DNA of 63,873 nucleotides, filler included, from Lama guanicoe (GCA_013239625.1; 185 parts of 185 records of this genome joined end to end with filler, not necessarily neighbours in it), one strand, 5' to 3'; counted from the first letter of the whole stretch, positions 23,747 through 36,548 are shown. Made by a program: numbers and translations. The notes: generated by a model from the letters alone, not told the origin.

Positions 23747-24884
23747 NNNNNNNNNNNNNNNNNNNNNNNNNNNNNNNNNNNNNNNNNNNNTTAATTAATT
23801 AANNNNNNNNNNNNNNNNNNNNNNNNNNNNNNNNNNNNNNNNNNNNACTCCAGGTCTCACAGCTAGAAAGCAGCAAATCTGAAACTTTTTATTTTCGAGT
23901 CTGTCTTTTTGATTATTCTTCTGTTCTGTTTCTTGTGGAAATGTGCCACCACTGATTTTTTTTTAATGCAAAGGAGCTTCAATCTTTATCTAGATAGCAC
24001 TTTTTTTTTCTTTCTATTTTTAATGCTCCAACCTGTGCTAAACCAAGCCCCTCTTTGCAAGCTTACTAGCACCAATGAGACGCCGCCACCTGNNNNNNNN
24101 NNNNNNNNNNNNNNNNNNNNNNNNNNNNNNNNNNNNTTAATTAATTAANNNNNNNNNNNNNNNNNNNNNNNNNNNNNNNNNNNNNNNNNNNNTACATCTT
24201 CACTGTGATTGAAAAACAAACACCTCAGAGTCAGAAGCACCTCTGAGTTGGAGAGCTTCATCCAGTAAACTGACCGGGGTTGGGGGCTGGGGTGCAGTTA
24301 CAATTCCCACCTGCAGCAGCCCGTTCCAGCCCTTCAAGTCCTTGAAGCAGCGTTGAGTTGAAGTGACATATCACACTGGCCATGGGAGGGTGTTTTCCTC
24401 GCTGAGGTTTTGTTGTTCTTGCTGTTGCTGTTGCTTTGNNNNNNNNNNNNNNNNNNNNNNNNNNNNNNNNNNNNNNNNNNNNTTAATTAATTAANNNNNN
24501 NNNNNNNNNNNNNNNNNNNNNNNNNNNNNNNNNNNNNNCTTACCTGTTGGCATTGCTTCTTGAAAAGAACTCCCAGGAGTGAGTCCCGGAACTCACTCTC
24601 CTGTCACTCTAAATGGGTTGGATGAAATGGAGCAACTGCATACCCTACTTTTACCATGTCCCAGAAATGGATGGTGTCTCTGCCCCAGATATACACCAGA
24701 GGGTCAACACTGACCTCTTCCTTTCTAACAAGGAGAGTACATCAAATAAATGGTCATGAAGCCCCAAAGCCTCTGCCAGTTAACNNNNNNNNNNNNNNNN
24801 NNNNNNNNNNNNNNNNNNNNNNNNNNNNTTAATTAATTAANNNNNNNNNNNNNNNNNNNNNNNNNNNNNNNNNNNNNNNNNNNN

Positions 24885-25130
24885 AGAATATCGAATATAG
24901 AATACAGAAATAGAATGTGGAATATAGAATGTACAACACAGAATATAAAATATAGAATAAAGAATACAGAATATAGAATACAGAATACAGAATATATAAC
25001 ACAGAATATAGAATATAGAATTCCGAATACATAACTCTGAACTTAAACATGAAATTCAGAAGACACAATTTAGTATAAAGTATACAGAATACATAATATA
25101 GAATGTAGAATAGAGAATGAAGAACCCAGT
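24885..25130 (+). repeat. Degenerate 7-bp (AGAATAY)n satellite
   Basis: Whole contig consists of agaatat/agaatac variants; same family at 55331 (-) and 61207 (+). Confidence 0.9.
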
Positions 25131-26289
25131 NNNNNNNNNNNNNNNNNNNNNNNNNNNNNNNNNNNNNNNNNNNNTTAATTAATTAANNNNNNNNNNNNNN
25201 NNNNNNNNNNNNNNNNNNNNNNNNNNNNNNGGGAAACCCTACATCATATAAACACCAGAGGTCCCTGGGCAGAGAAAGAAAAGCAGGAACCTCTGGGCGG
25301 ACAAGCGGTCACACATTTTGGGATGACAAGCGAGCTGGAGGCAGACAAAGAAAGGTGGGAAAAGGCAGGAATCACCAGCGCTGGGATGCAACCATTTGCT
25401 CATTATGAACTTGGTTCCATAAAATTAGCCTTGCAGATTAGAAGCACCCATCATGCACCGACGCCATGACACTTCCNNNNNNNNNNNNNNNNNNNNNNNN
25501 NNNNNNNNNNNNNNNNNNNNTTAATTAATTAANNNNNNNNNNNNNNNNNNNNNNNNNNNNNNNNNNNNNNNNNNNNAAGATAAGTTGGGTGTGGGAGGTG
25601 AACTGTCTGGTACACGAGCTCCCTGGTGGATGTTCTGTTTGGGGATATTACTGGGAATGCTGGGAAGGGGGCCTGAGGCAGGTGCATTTCTTCTTCTGTC
25701 TTTGGCTTTGTGTCTGAAATGCCAAGAGGCTGGGGGAGAGATGACGGGTGGGGTTCTGACTCTGACTTGAACGACTGATGTAACGCGGCGGGAGCTTGAC
25801 AGCCTCCTGCCCGCCCAGCTCTNNNNNNNNNNNNNNNNNNNNNNNNNNNNNNNNNNNNNNNNNNNNTTAATTAATTAANNNNNNNNNNNNNNNNNNNNNN
25901 NNNNNNNNNNNNNNNNNNNNNNTTCAAGAAGCTGTGCCAAGCTCACACAGGGAGGGGTAACAGAAAAGTGGGCAGACTCTAACGATGAAGGCGCTGGAGG
26001 CACCACAGTGAGTCATTTGCCCGAGCAGAAGGAGGACTCGGAGTGTGGAGTGACGCGGCGTCTTTCCACAGGTTGAGAAGGGCCTGGGGGCACAGGGGAG
26101 TTCCTGAATGTCGTCTAGTGAGTTAAAGCACGGAGCCCTGCCCTCCCACGTGAGGTGTGCTACCTTCTNNNNNNNNNNNNNNNNNNNNNNNNNNNNNNNN
26201 NNNNNNNNNNNNTTAATTAATTAANNNNNNNNNNNNNNNNNNNNNNNNNNNNNNNNNNNNNNNNNNNNTTTGACTTTGTTGGTGTTGGT

Positions 26290-26450
26290 GAACCGTAAGG
26301 GATTTTTCAGATTCATGTTGGCAGTGTGGCAGAGAGACTGGAGGGACTGAGATGGGGTAGAGACCTGGTGGGAGGCAACTGACAGCATCCAGAGTAGCTT
26401 GACCAGAGGCTGAGCTGAGACAGCAGTTGTGGATGCAGAAGAGAGAAAAT
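26290..26450 (-). mobile_element. L2 fragment
   Basis: Reverse strand ctctggatgct..cctccc..ggtctct..ccctccagtc..ccacactgcca..gaatct resembles the L2 3' region. Confidence 0.4.
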
Positions 26451-26492
26451 ATGTCTGACTATACTGTGTGTGGGGTAAACCAGACGACAGGA

Positions 26493-26514
26493 ACACACAC
26501 ACACACACACACAC
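26493..26514. repeat. (AC)11 microsatellite at contig end
   Basis: Perfect dinucleotide run. Confidence 0.95.
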
Positions 26515-26614
26515 NNNNNNNNNNNNNNNNNNNNNNNNNNNNNNNNNNNNNNNNNNNNTTAATTAATTAANNNNNNNNNNNNNNNNNNNNNNNNNNNNNN
26601 NNNNNNNNNNNNNN

Positions 26615-26860
26615 AGGGCAATAGACATACTAAATAACACAATAGAACAAATAGAGTTAGTTGATATTTTAGGAAATTACATACCCCCCCACAAAAAGAA
26701 TATACATTGTTTTCAGGTGCCCATGGAACATTGTCTAGGACGGACCATGTACTCAGACATAAAACAAGCCTCAACAAATTTAAGAGTATAGAAATTATTT
26801 CAAGCATTTTTCCTGACCACAATGGCATGAAACCAGAAATCAACTACAGAAAGAGAAATG
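26615..26860 (+). mobile_element. LINE-1 ORF2 endonuclease C-terminal part
   Basis: Translates EYTLFSGAHGTLSRTDHVLRHKTSLNKFKSIEIISSIFPDHNGMK, matching the L1 EN motifs FSxxHGTFSRIDH and SDHNG. Confidence 0.92.
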
Positions 26861-28344
26861 NNNNNNNNNNNNNNNNNNNNNNNNNNNNNNNNNNNNNNNN
26901 NNNNTTAATTAATTAANNNNNNNNNNNNNNNNNNNNNNNNNNNNNNNNNNNNNNNNNNNNAAAAAAAAAAGCAAAAATCAACCATTTCTTCATAATATAT
27001 GAAGTTCGAGATGCCATATCAGGTTTGTATGGAAATGGACACCAGTTTACCTAGTTGGATGCAGAATTAAACTGGTTTGGTGTTTTCAGGTCAATAGAAC
27101 ATGAAACAAGGGAGATACAGAATTTGAAAATGAATATACAGGTATGCTGAGGGTGATGAGCAAGAGGAGAGGAAGTTCCATCAGATAACTAGAGGTACCT
27201 GTTGGTNNNNNNNNNNNNNNNNNNNNNNNNNNNNNNNNNNNNNNNNNNNNTTAATTAATTAANNNNNNNNNNNNNNNNNNNNNNNNNNNNNNNNNNNNNN
27301 NNNNNNTACAAGCAGTGAACTGGTATGAGGTGTTAGTGGAAGGGAATACACTGATAAGTGCAATATCTCAGGCATTTGAGAGTTTAGGGAGAAAGTTTAA
27401 GTTTAAGTTCTGTAATATATGACTCTCACTGAGTGCCATCAGTGCAATAGAGAAAGACATGGAGGAGTAAAGGTAATTCCTCAAGAATAAGGCAGCGTGG
27501 AAACTCATTGGCCTTGATGGCAGTATATAAAGACTTTCATCTCTACTGCTAGNNNNNNNNNNNNNNNNNNNNNNNNNNNNNNNNNNNNNNNNNNNNTTAA
27601 TTAATTAANNNNNNNNNNNNNNNNNNNNNNNNNNNNNNNNNNNNNNNNNNNNGGGAAACAGGCCTGCTATTAATCGGGCTACTTTGCACACACTCCAGGG
27701 CAGCCAGGGAGCTCTGCCCCACCCCGCCCCTCCACACACGCTGGGACCCTCCCTGCCCAGCTTCTATCTTCTCCCAAGGAGGGGAACTGATTCCACCTCA
27801 CAACTGGAGGGATGGTGCTGGAAGCATACATGGCATCAGAGAGCGCTCAGGGACGCCTCCCACAGGTGTGCAGAGGTGGCAGGCCATTCGACTTCATCNN
27901 NNNNNNNNNNNNNNNNNNNNNNNNNNNNNNNNNNNNNNNNNNTTAATTAATTAANNNNNNNNNNNNNNNNNNNNNNNNNNNNNNNNNNNNNNNNNNNNTT
28001 TTACGAAACAGTGCGGTCTTCCCAGCATTCCCTGAGCTATCCACGTGCAGCGGACTCTCCTGTCCTTTGTGGCGTTACTGTACCCGTTCACCTCAGTTGT
28101 AGAGCTGTTGAAACTTTTCTGTGCTGACTTGTTTTCATGGATCCTGTGCCTCTGGCAGAACAGAGAGGAGAATCTGCCTTTTATTTGTACCGCCAGCTTC
28201 TCCCAGGATAGGGCTTGTGTTCTGATAGGTACGGTAAATAACTGNNNNNNNNNNNNNNNNNNNNNNNNNNNNNNNNNNNNNNNNNNNNTTAATTAATTAA
28301 NNNNNNNNNNNNNNNNNNNNNNNNNNNNNNNNNNNNNNNNNNNN

Positions 28345-28435
28345 AGTATAGTTCCCTGTACTATACTGTATAAACTTGTTATCTGTTTTATATGTATTAG
28401 TATCTGCGAATCTTGAACCCCCAATTTATCCCAGC
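28345..28435 (-). mobile_element. LINE-1 3' UTR fragment
   Basis: tatagttccctgtactatac..ttgttatctgttttatatg..tagtatctgcgaatcttgaac..aatttatccc. Confidence 0.65.
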
Positions 28436-29728
28436 CTTTTGGATATATCTTTATTTGAGAACTTATCATATTTTATGCAATTAATTGTTTACAGGTCTCC
28501 CTTTTTTGAGGGCAGGGACTGCTCTTTACTCACTTGTGGTGTATTTTACTTGGGTAGATGTTCAATAAAGGAAAAAAAGGAATCTAAAACNNNNNNNNNN
28601 NNNNNNNNNNNNNNNNNNNNNNNNNNNNNNNNNNTTAATTAATTAANNNNNNNNNNNNNNNNNNNNNNNNNNNNNNNNNNNNNNNNNNNNTTATTGCTGC
28701 CTCCCTACCCCCAAATAATGTGAAAACTAGTCCTGACTACGTACCTTGTGTTTACCAAAACTGTAACGACTACTGCTAATTTATCTCCCACCTCCTTTTC
28801 AGGTGGGCATTTTAGCTTTTAGGAGATAGCTTTCCTCAGTTGTCTTTTTTACCCCCATTTCTCTGCTACTATCCACCATGGCCTTTTCAGTCTGAAAATC
28901 GTCAGAGAAAATAAGTAAAAGAAAGTAATACAGGGTNNNNNNNNNNNNNNNNNNNNNNNNNNNNNNNNNNNNNNNNNNNNTTAATTAATTAANNNNNNNN
29001 NNNNNNNNNNNNNNNNNNNNNNNNNNNNNNNNNNNNACACACGTGGGTGCAAGATTGTGAGATGAAAGGCCATTTCTGTGGTAACGCACCTCCACAGGAC
29101 CAGCACTCACTAAGCCATCCTTTAAGTGCAAGGCCTGACCTAGACACCGTGGGAGATATAAAAATAAACAGGCTCGGCCCTCAGGGAGCTCACCAGCCAC
29201 GATCTAATGCGTGCATGCAGCCTCTCAAATACGAGGCACAAGATGTTCTGATGAAGGAAACAGAAGCAGCATTTGTCCAGGANNNNNNNNNNNNNNNNNN
29301 NNNNNNNNNNNNNNNNNNNNNNNNNNTTAATTAATTAANNNNNNNNNNNNNNNNNNNNNNNNNNNNNNNNNNNNNNNNNNNNGAGGCTTGATGCTACCCA
29401 AGGTAATTAGACCCCTGTCTCATGGATTCAGGATTTTCATTGTTCCCTTTCTCTTCACAAGGCAATGGCAGGCACCTTAGGCACTAGGAACCTGGCTGGC
29501 ACAGAGCCTGGGGTTCCTGGCAGACCAACAGGCTTGTGTCCAGCTCCCAACACCTGGAAGCTCCTCTCCCAGGCTCTCGGGACTGGCTCCACCCAGGGAG
29601 GGAGCGGGAGATGTTATCCACCTGCCAGNNNNNNNNNNNNNNNNNNNNNNNNNNNNNNNNNNNNNNNNNNNNTTAATTAATTAANNNNNNNNNNNNNNNN
29701 NNNNNNNNNNNNNNNNNNNNNNNNNNNN

Positions 29729-29974
29729 GTGTGTTCATTGCTGGTGTACAGCATAATGATTCAGTTGTGTATGTGTGTGTGTGTGCATGTGTGTGTGTGT
29801 TCCCATATGCTTTTTCATTATAGGCTATTACAAGGTATTGAAGTATTGAATATAGTTCCCTGTAAAATTCAGTAGGACCTTGTCATCTGTTTTATATATA
29901 GTAGTTAGTATCTGCAAATCCTGAATGCTCAGTTTAACCCTCCACCTCCTTTTCCCCTTACCCCGTAGCCCCAA
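29729..29974 (-). mobile_element. LINE-1 3' UTR with internal (TG)n
   Basis: ctggtgtacagcataatgattcagtt..ttttcattataggctattacaagg..attgaatatagttccctgt..gtaggaccttgt. Confidence 0.8.
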
Positions 29975-30074
29975 NNNNNNNNNNNNNNNNNNNNNNNNNN
30001 NNNNNNNNNNNNNNNNNNTTAATTAATTAANNNNNNNNNNNNNNNNNNNNNNNNNNNNNNNNNNNNNNNNNNNN

Positions 30075-30320
30075 CCAAAGCCCCACCAGGAGGCGCCCTT
30101 TGCCCGCCGAAGCGGGCCGGGCTCGAACTCCTCGGGGCCGGGGTGGGCGCCCCTTTGCGCAGGGCGGTGCAGTGTGCGGGCTGCGCCGGGGTCCCCCGGA
30201 GGTCGATCCACCGCAGTGCCGGCACTTCGTCCCGCGGCCACTCGGCCGCGCGCGCCCCTCGTGCCCCTGCCCGGCGCCGCGTCCCCAGCCCCGCGCCTGC
30301 TGCTCGGCCTCGGCCCCCCC
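30075..30320. promoter_or_regulatory. CpG island fragment
   Basis: Very high GC with dense CpG across the whole contig. Confidence 0.7.
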
Positions 30321-31458
30321 NNNNNNNNNNNNNNNNNNNNNNNNNNNNNNNNNNNNNNNNNNNNTTAATTAATTAANNNNNNNNNNNNNNNNNNNNNNNN
30401 NNNNNNNNNNNNNNNNNNNNTACAAAAAAATAAAACATTGTTTCTTAGTTTGGTCACTAGGTATCAAAATATTGATACATATTGTTAAAAAGCTAATGGG
30501 TATTTTCATCCATAAAATCCCATAATAATAATTGTTATAGTTGTCAACATCTTCATAAAGCCACTGCAACACATAATTACATTTCACTAATAACTAATTT
30601 TAGTTAGAAGAATAAGACAGGCAAAAAATATACACAAAGTGCATTTCTTTTGAAGGAGGAGTGTTTNNNNNNNNNNNNNNNNNNNNNNNNNNNNNNNNNN
30701 NNNNNNNNNNTTAATTAATTAANNNNNNNNNNNNNNNNNNNNNNNNNNNNNNNNNNNNNNNNNNNNCCCAATGAAATGGGTAATCAGAAGGCCAGATGAG
30801 CCATGCCATCTGAGAATCAATGTAAATAGGCTGGAAGTTAGAAAGAAAGTCCCTGGGTCCTGCCTGGAGAGACCAGCTGGGGTCATGGACCCTCACCAGA
30901 TGGGCAGGTCAGCCAAGGAGAAGGGAGCCACTGGACAAGGGGCCCAGGACTACACATAAATGTTGCTGACCTCCTAGGGGTGCCAAGGCTTATCCTCAGC
31001 AAGGACACTGGGNNNNNNNNNNNNNNNNNNNNNNNNNNNNNNNNNNNNNNNNNNNNTTAATTAATTAANNNNNNNNNNNNNNNNNNNNNNNNNNNNNNNN
31101 NNNNNNNNNNNNTGAAATGCTAAGGCATATCAAAGGGAAACAGAGTAACATAGACCTTGAATGGCTTTTACAAGTTCCAAGTTTCCCTCTGTTTAACAAG
31201 TCCATTTAATCTCATAGGACCTTAGATAAAAAGGGTAGCTATGGAGATCCTGCTTTGATTTGGGTTTTATTTGGGGGAGGGTGGACTTCTAATTGTTTCT
31301 CTTTTTTACTGAAGTTTAGTTGATTTACAGTGTTGTGTTAGTTTCTAGTGTACAGCATNNNNNNNNNNNNNNNNNNNNNNNNNNNNNNNNNNNNNNNNNN
31401 NNTTAATTAATTAANNNNNNNNNNNNNNNNNNNNNNNNNNNNNNNNNNNNNNNNNNNN

Positions 31459-31704
31459 ATAAACAGTCTACAAAATTCCTGGCACATGTGCTTCAAAACT
31501 ATAAAGGTCACAAAAGACCTTTAGAAAGGAGCTGAGGGATTGTTTCCAATGAAAACCCCAGGGAACGTGACATTTAAATGTAATGCATGATCCTGGACTA
31601 GATCCTGGGCCAGAGGGAAAAAAATAGAGATGATAGTATCTGAAAAAATTGACAAAATTTGAACATGGACAGTGGGTTAGATAAACATTATGTCAGTGTT
31701 AAAT
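31459..31704 (+). mobile_element. Old LINE-1 3' UTR (L1MC/L1ME-like)
   Basis: gacatttaaatgtaatgcatgatcctggactagatcctgg..aaaatttgaacatggac..tcagtgttaaat; related to 45990-46235. Confidence 0.65.
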
Positions 31705-33188
31705 NNNNNNNNNNNNNNNNNNNNNNNNNNNNNNNNNNNNNNNNNNNNTTAATTAATTAANNNNNNNNNNNNNNNNNNNNNNNNNNNNNNNNNNNNNNNN
31801 NNNNAGTAAATGAGTAAATAAGAAAAACGTTCTAGACATGGAGTTGGAAAACATGGAGTTGGAAAACATGCTGCACCTTGCCAATTGTGTAACACTGGGG
31901 AAATTATTTTAACTCTTTGACTCCATTTTCTTCGTCAGTCTATTGTGGATGATAATCCCGCTCCAATAATTTTGAGGATAATATCATAGGGCAGATTTGG
32001 ATTTGCTTATTAGTGAGTGGCCCAGAATGAGAGCTCAGAAATTGACACATNNNNNNNNNNNNNNNNNNNNNNNNNNNNNNNNNNNNNNNNNNNNTTAATT
32101 AATTAANNNNNNNNNNNNNNNNNNNNNNNNNNNNNNNNNNNNNNNNNNNNGCTCTCTACTTCCACAACAATGTTGTACTAAAACAAACTAGGACACTTGC
32201 TTCAGTAAGGCATTTATTAACGTCACACAATCACAAAATCTCAAACACCCAAGCCTATCTCCAACAGTAAACTTCCAAATCATTTCATTTAATTAAGGTT
32301 ACACGGAGGCTGAGTGGTTGCTTATGAATGATGAGCATTAGAGCCCTTTCCTGTCACCAGGATTTAATCGTTGTTTCCTGAAGAGATTTTTTCCAGNNNN
32401 NNNNNNNNNNNNNNNNNNNNNNNNNNNNNNNNNNNNNNNNTTAATTAATTAANNNNNNNNNNNNNNNNNNNNNNNNNNNNNNNNNNNNNNNNNNNNTGGA
32501 CAGACCAAACCCTGAGACTCGAAGGGAGAGGTTACCCATCAGCCAAGAACTCAACAAGTGGTGAGCTGCATCCGAGCGAACCGAAAGCTGAGTCACAGCT
32601 GGGCAAAGTGAAAAGAAGCAGGCTTTATAATATCATTTCTATTCATCATCATCATCATTATTGTCACCTCTGTGCTGTCACCTGCCATAGCAGGTCAATA
32701 AAGAGGCTACATTTGGGGGGCTTGTCAGTCCTTGTCCTTATTNNNNNNNNNNNNNNNNNNNNNNNNNNNNNNNNNNNNNNNNNNNNTTAATTAATTAANN
32801 NNNNNNNNNNNNNNNNNNNNNNNNNNNNNNNNNNNNNNNNNNGTCTATCCATCCTCTGAGACTTAGACCCAGGGCATCCCTTCCTTGGTCTGCACTGGAG
32901 TTGTCACTAGTATACACACTGTATTATTATTGCTGACTATTTGGAGCATCTGTCAGCCCTAGGTATATCAGTCATTCTTAAAGACAAGGAATAAACGGGA
33001 ATGAATAAAAACATTTGGTAACATAAAATAAAAAGGTGAGCATGTCACAGGAAACAGAATTCTGTCTCTTTATGGCCTCATTTTTTTTNNNNNNNNNNNN
33101 NNNNNNNNNNNNNNNNNNNNNNNNNNNNNNNNTTAATTAATTAANNNNNNNNNNNNNNNNNNNNNNNNNNNNNNNNNNNNNNNNNNNN

Positions 33189-33364
33189 TGAGAACCAGGA
33201 CTCAGAACCAGTGTAAATGCTGATACTCTGGCTATTGCGAGTATTGGCTGTCTGTTGCCTCTGATCCAAGAGTCTCATGTCTTCTGCCATTTCACAAAAC
33301 TATGGTAGATAAACACGTGAGCTCCAAAGTAGGGTAAACCTCAGATCCTTTGCAGTTCTTGGCA
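33189..33364 (+). mobile_element. Probable ERV LTR 3' end
   Basis: ctctgatccaagagtctcatgtcttctgcca..aagtagggtaaacctcagatcc..cagttcttggca, ending in CA. Confidence 0.4.
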
Positions 33365-34572
33365 CCTGTTGTCAATGGAAAAGATCATGGAATCCTGCCC
33401 CTGGAAGATTATCACATATGCCTTTAAGGCACATNNNNNNNNNNNNNNNNNNNNNNNNNNNNNNNNNNNNNNNNNNNNTTAATTAATTAANNNNNNNNNN
33501 NNNNNNNNNNNNNNNNNNNNNNNNNNNNNNNNNNCCTCAACAGCCTGAAGCAGGCGGCGGTGGCCCTGGCCAGCGGCGCGGGCTTGCTGGGCACTGTGCA
33601 CGTGGCTGCCCAGGCTGCGCCGCAGGGTGGCTGGTCGGCGCTGCTGCCCACGGCCGAGGGGCGGCCCGGGTGCTCTGTGCCCTCCTGCCCTGCGCAGTGG
33701 GCTCGGGCTCAGAGCAGGGGCGCGGCGGGCTGGGCTGGGCTGGGCTGGGCAGGTGGGCACTGGAGAGGCCGCCAGGAGGGNNNNNNNNNNNNNNNNNNNN
33801 NNNNNNNNNNNNNNNNNNNNNNNNTTAATTAATTAANNNNNNNNNNNNNNNNNNNNNNNNNNNNNNNNNNNNNNNNNNNNTGACAGACAAATTTATCAGA
33901 CTACAAAATGGTCATACCCATCCATTTTCCTTCGAGGTGTCATGTAAGTTGTGAACTAAACAAACACATATTTTTATTTACTCATCTCGTGCTAAAAATT
34001 CTCAGGTATGACTTACGAGACATGTTTCTCACTTGATATTTCATAATATTCTTTGTGGTCAAGCTGTGATTTCTGTCTTATACTAAAGTCTCTCAGCATC
34101 AAAGGCAGCTCTGAAAGGGATTGTAGNNNNNNNNNNNNNNNNNNNNNNNNNNNNNNNNNNNNNNNNNNNNTTAATTAATTAANNNNNNNNNNNNNNNNNN
34201 NNNNNNNNNNNNNNNNNNNNNNNNNNTCTTTACCTCATAGCCTCACATTTCTGCAGTTGTGAATAAAGACTAAGGTGTATACCAAGTTGCCCTTATTATT
34301 AAAACTGTTTCTGAATATAAAGTATATTAAATTATATCTTTATATTTAACCATTATACAGAACCCTTCATTAACCTAATCATGGATAACCTTTTAGAACC
34401 AATATCAGGAGCCCACAGCAATAATAGTTAACTTTATTAAACATATTAGCCTGTGTCAGGTACTGTTAGATANNNNNNNNNNNNNNNNNNNNNNNNNNNN
34501 NNNNNNNNNNNNNNNNTTAATTAATTAANNNNNNNNNNNNNNNNNNNNNNNNNNNNNNNNNNNNNNNNNNNN

Positions 34573-34818
34573 CTCCTCCTCCTCCTCCTCCACCTCCTCC
34601 TCCTACTCCACCTCCTCCTCCACCTCCTCCTCCACCTCCTCCTCCACATTCTCCTCCTTCACATCCTTCTCCTCCACATCCTCCTCCTCCTCCACATCTT
34701 CCTCCTCCACATCCTCCACCTCCACCACCTCCTCCTTCTCCTCCTCCTCTTCCTCCACCTCCTCCTCCACCTCCACATACTCCTCCTGCTCCACCTCCTT
34801 CTCCTCCACCTCCTCCTA
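34573..34818. repeat. (CCT)n/(CCTCCA)n pyrimidine-rich simple repeat
   Basis: Entire contig is degenerate CCT triplets; produces a poly-Glu/Val ORF on the minus strand. Confidence 0.92.
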
Positions 34819-34920
34819 NNNNNNNNNNNNNNNNNNNNNNNNNNNNNNNNNNNNNNNNNNNNTTAATTAATTAANNNNNNNNNNNNNNNNNNNNNNNNNN
34901 NNNNNNNNNNNNNNNNNNTC

Positions 34921-35164
34921 GGCTCCGGCTCCTTCGGGGACATTCACCTGGCGATCAACATCACCAAGGGCGAGGAAGCGGCAGTGAAGCTAGAATCTCA
35001 GAAGGCCAGGCATCCCCAGTTTGCTGAGAGCAAACTCTGTAAGTTTCTTCAAGGCGGAGTCGGCATCCCCCATGAACGGTGGTATGGTCAGGAAAGGACT
35101 ACAATGTACCAGTCGTGGATCTTCTTGGACCCAGCCTCGAAGACCTCCTCAATTTTTGTTCAAG
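34921..35164 (+). pseudogene. CSNK1A1: Casein kinase I alpha processed pseudogene fragment
   Basis: [58 protein letters not shown], then after a 1-bp deletion near 35095 [24 protein letters not shown]1alpha reads [82 protein letters not shown]. No introns. Confidence 0.9.
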
Positions 35165-35264
35165 NNNNNNNNNNNNNNNNNNNNNNNNNNNNNNNNNNNN
35201 NNNNNNNNTTAATTAATTAANNNNNNNNNNNNNNNNNNNNNNNNNNNNNNNNNNNNNNNNNNNN

Positions 35265-35496
35265 TTTGTTTTGGAAAATATAATTATTTTTGTTAAAAAT
35301 GAGTTATGTTAACATGCAGTGGATTTACATTTGCTACTTTCAAATGAAATATTAAATATTTTAAAGTTTTTCAGAGTTAATTTTAATTATATATGTATAT
35401 AATACATAAATAAATCTGTACAAAACACTTTGTAGTTCTCAGAAATTTTTAAGAGTGTAACTGTGCCCTGAGACCAGAATGTTTGAGAATCATTGC
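35265..35496 (+). mobile_element. hAT-Charlie DNA transposon end (Charlie1-like)
   Basis: aatttttaagagtgtaa..cctgagaccagaatgtttgagaatcattg resembles the Charlie1 terminus. Confidence 0.6.
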
Positions 35497-35956
35497 TCTA
35501 ACAAAAGAATNNNNNNNNNNNNNNNNNNNNNNNNNNNNNNNNNNNNNNNNNNNNTTAATTAATTAANNNNNNNNNNNNNNNNNNNNNNNNNNNNNNNNNN
35601 NNNNNNNNNNTTTTGAATGCCCACATTTTCAAGGCAGTGAGCATCTGAAACTATCTGTGTAGTCAAAAAAACTATCTTCCAAATGTTTTGTTTATACTCA
35701 TTCATGGAGGAAACTGAAGGATTGATATGGGTTGAACTGCAGTCAAAGGATATAAAGTCACATAAGGTTTTTTAAGGGAAATTTTCAGGACTCACTGAAT
35801 GCACTTTAGTTTCAGTGGGGTGGAGGGAGTTACAGAACTCACTGAGTGAGAGCAGANNNNNNNNNNNNNNNNNNNNNNNNNNNNNNNNNNNNNNNNNNNN
35901 TTAATTAATTAANNNNNNNNNNNNNNNNNNNNNNNNNNNNNNNNNNNNNNNNNNNN

Positions 35957-36202
35957 ATTTGTTCATAATAGCCAAAATGTGGAAATAGTACAAATGTCCA
36001 ACATCTGATGAATGGTTAAAATAAATGTGATATACCCATGTGATGGATACCAAATTTTACCAATGGAAAAAATAAAGTACTGATACATGCTACAACATGG
36101 ATGAATCTTTAAAACATTATGTTAAGTAGACAAGTCATTCGCCAAGCACTACGTATGATTCCATTATATGAAATGTCTAAAATAGGTAAATCTATAAGGA
36201 AA
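35957..36202 (+). mobile_element. LINE-1 (L1MB-like) ORF2 end/3' UTR
   Basis: gttcataatagccaaaatgtggaaa..caaatgtccaaca..gatgaatgg..gtactgatacatgctacaacatggatgaatctt. Confidence 0.8.
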
Positions 36203-36302
36203 NNNNNNNNNNNNNNNNNNNNNNNNNNNNNNNNNNNNNNNNNNNNTTAATTAATTAANNNNNNNNNNNNNNNNNNNNNNNNNNNNNNNNNNNNNNNNNN
36301 NN

Positions 36303-36548
36303 TGCAGAAAAAGCATTTTATAAAATTCAACATCCATTCATGATAAAAACTGTCACCAAAGTGGATATTGAGGGAACATATCTCAACATAATAAAAGCCT
36401 TTTACTACAAACCTACAGCCAACATAATATTCTGTGATCAAAAACTGAAAGCCTTCCCACTAAATTCAGGAGAAGGATAAGGATACCTATTCTGCCCATT
36501 TCTATTCAACATGGTAGTAGAAGTCCTAGGCCCTCCAGTCAGATGAGA
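36303..36548 (+). mobile_element. LINE-1 ORF2 reverse transcriptase fragment with in-frame stop
   Basis: Frame from 36304: [74 protein letters not shown]; the stop falls in the RQG motif. Confidence 0.92.

Noticed and set aside
24829..25068. Hydrophobic (ILYS)n ORFs that look like membrane proteins (also 55337-55622 and 61155-61451)
   Set aside because: These are translations of the 7-bp satellite
31836..31870. 15-bp tandem duplication (acatggagttggaaa); similar 12-bp duplication near 63121
   Set aside because: Common slippage-type micro-duplications with no further structure
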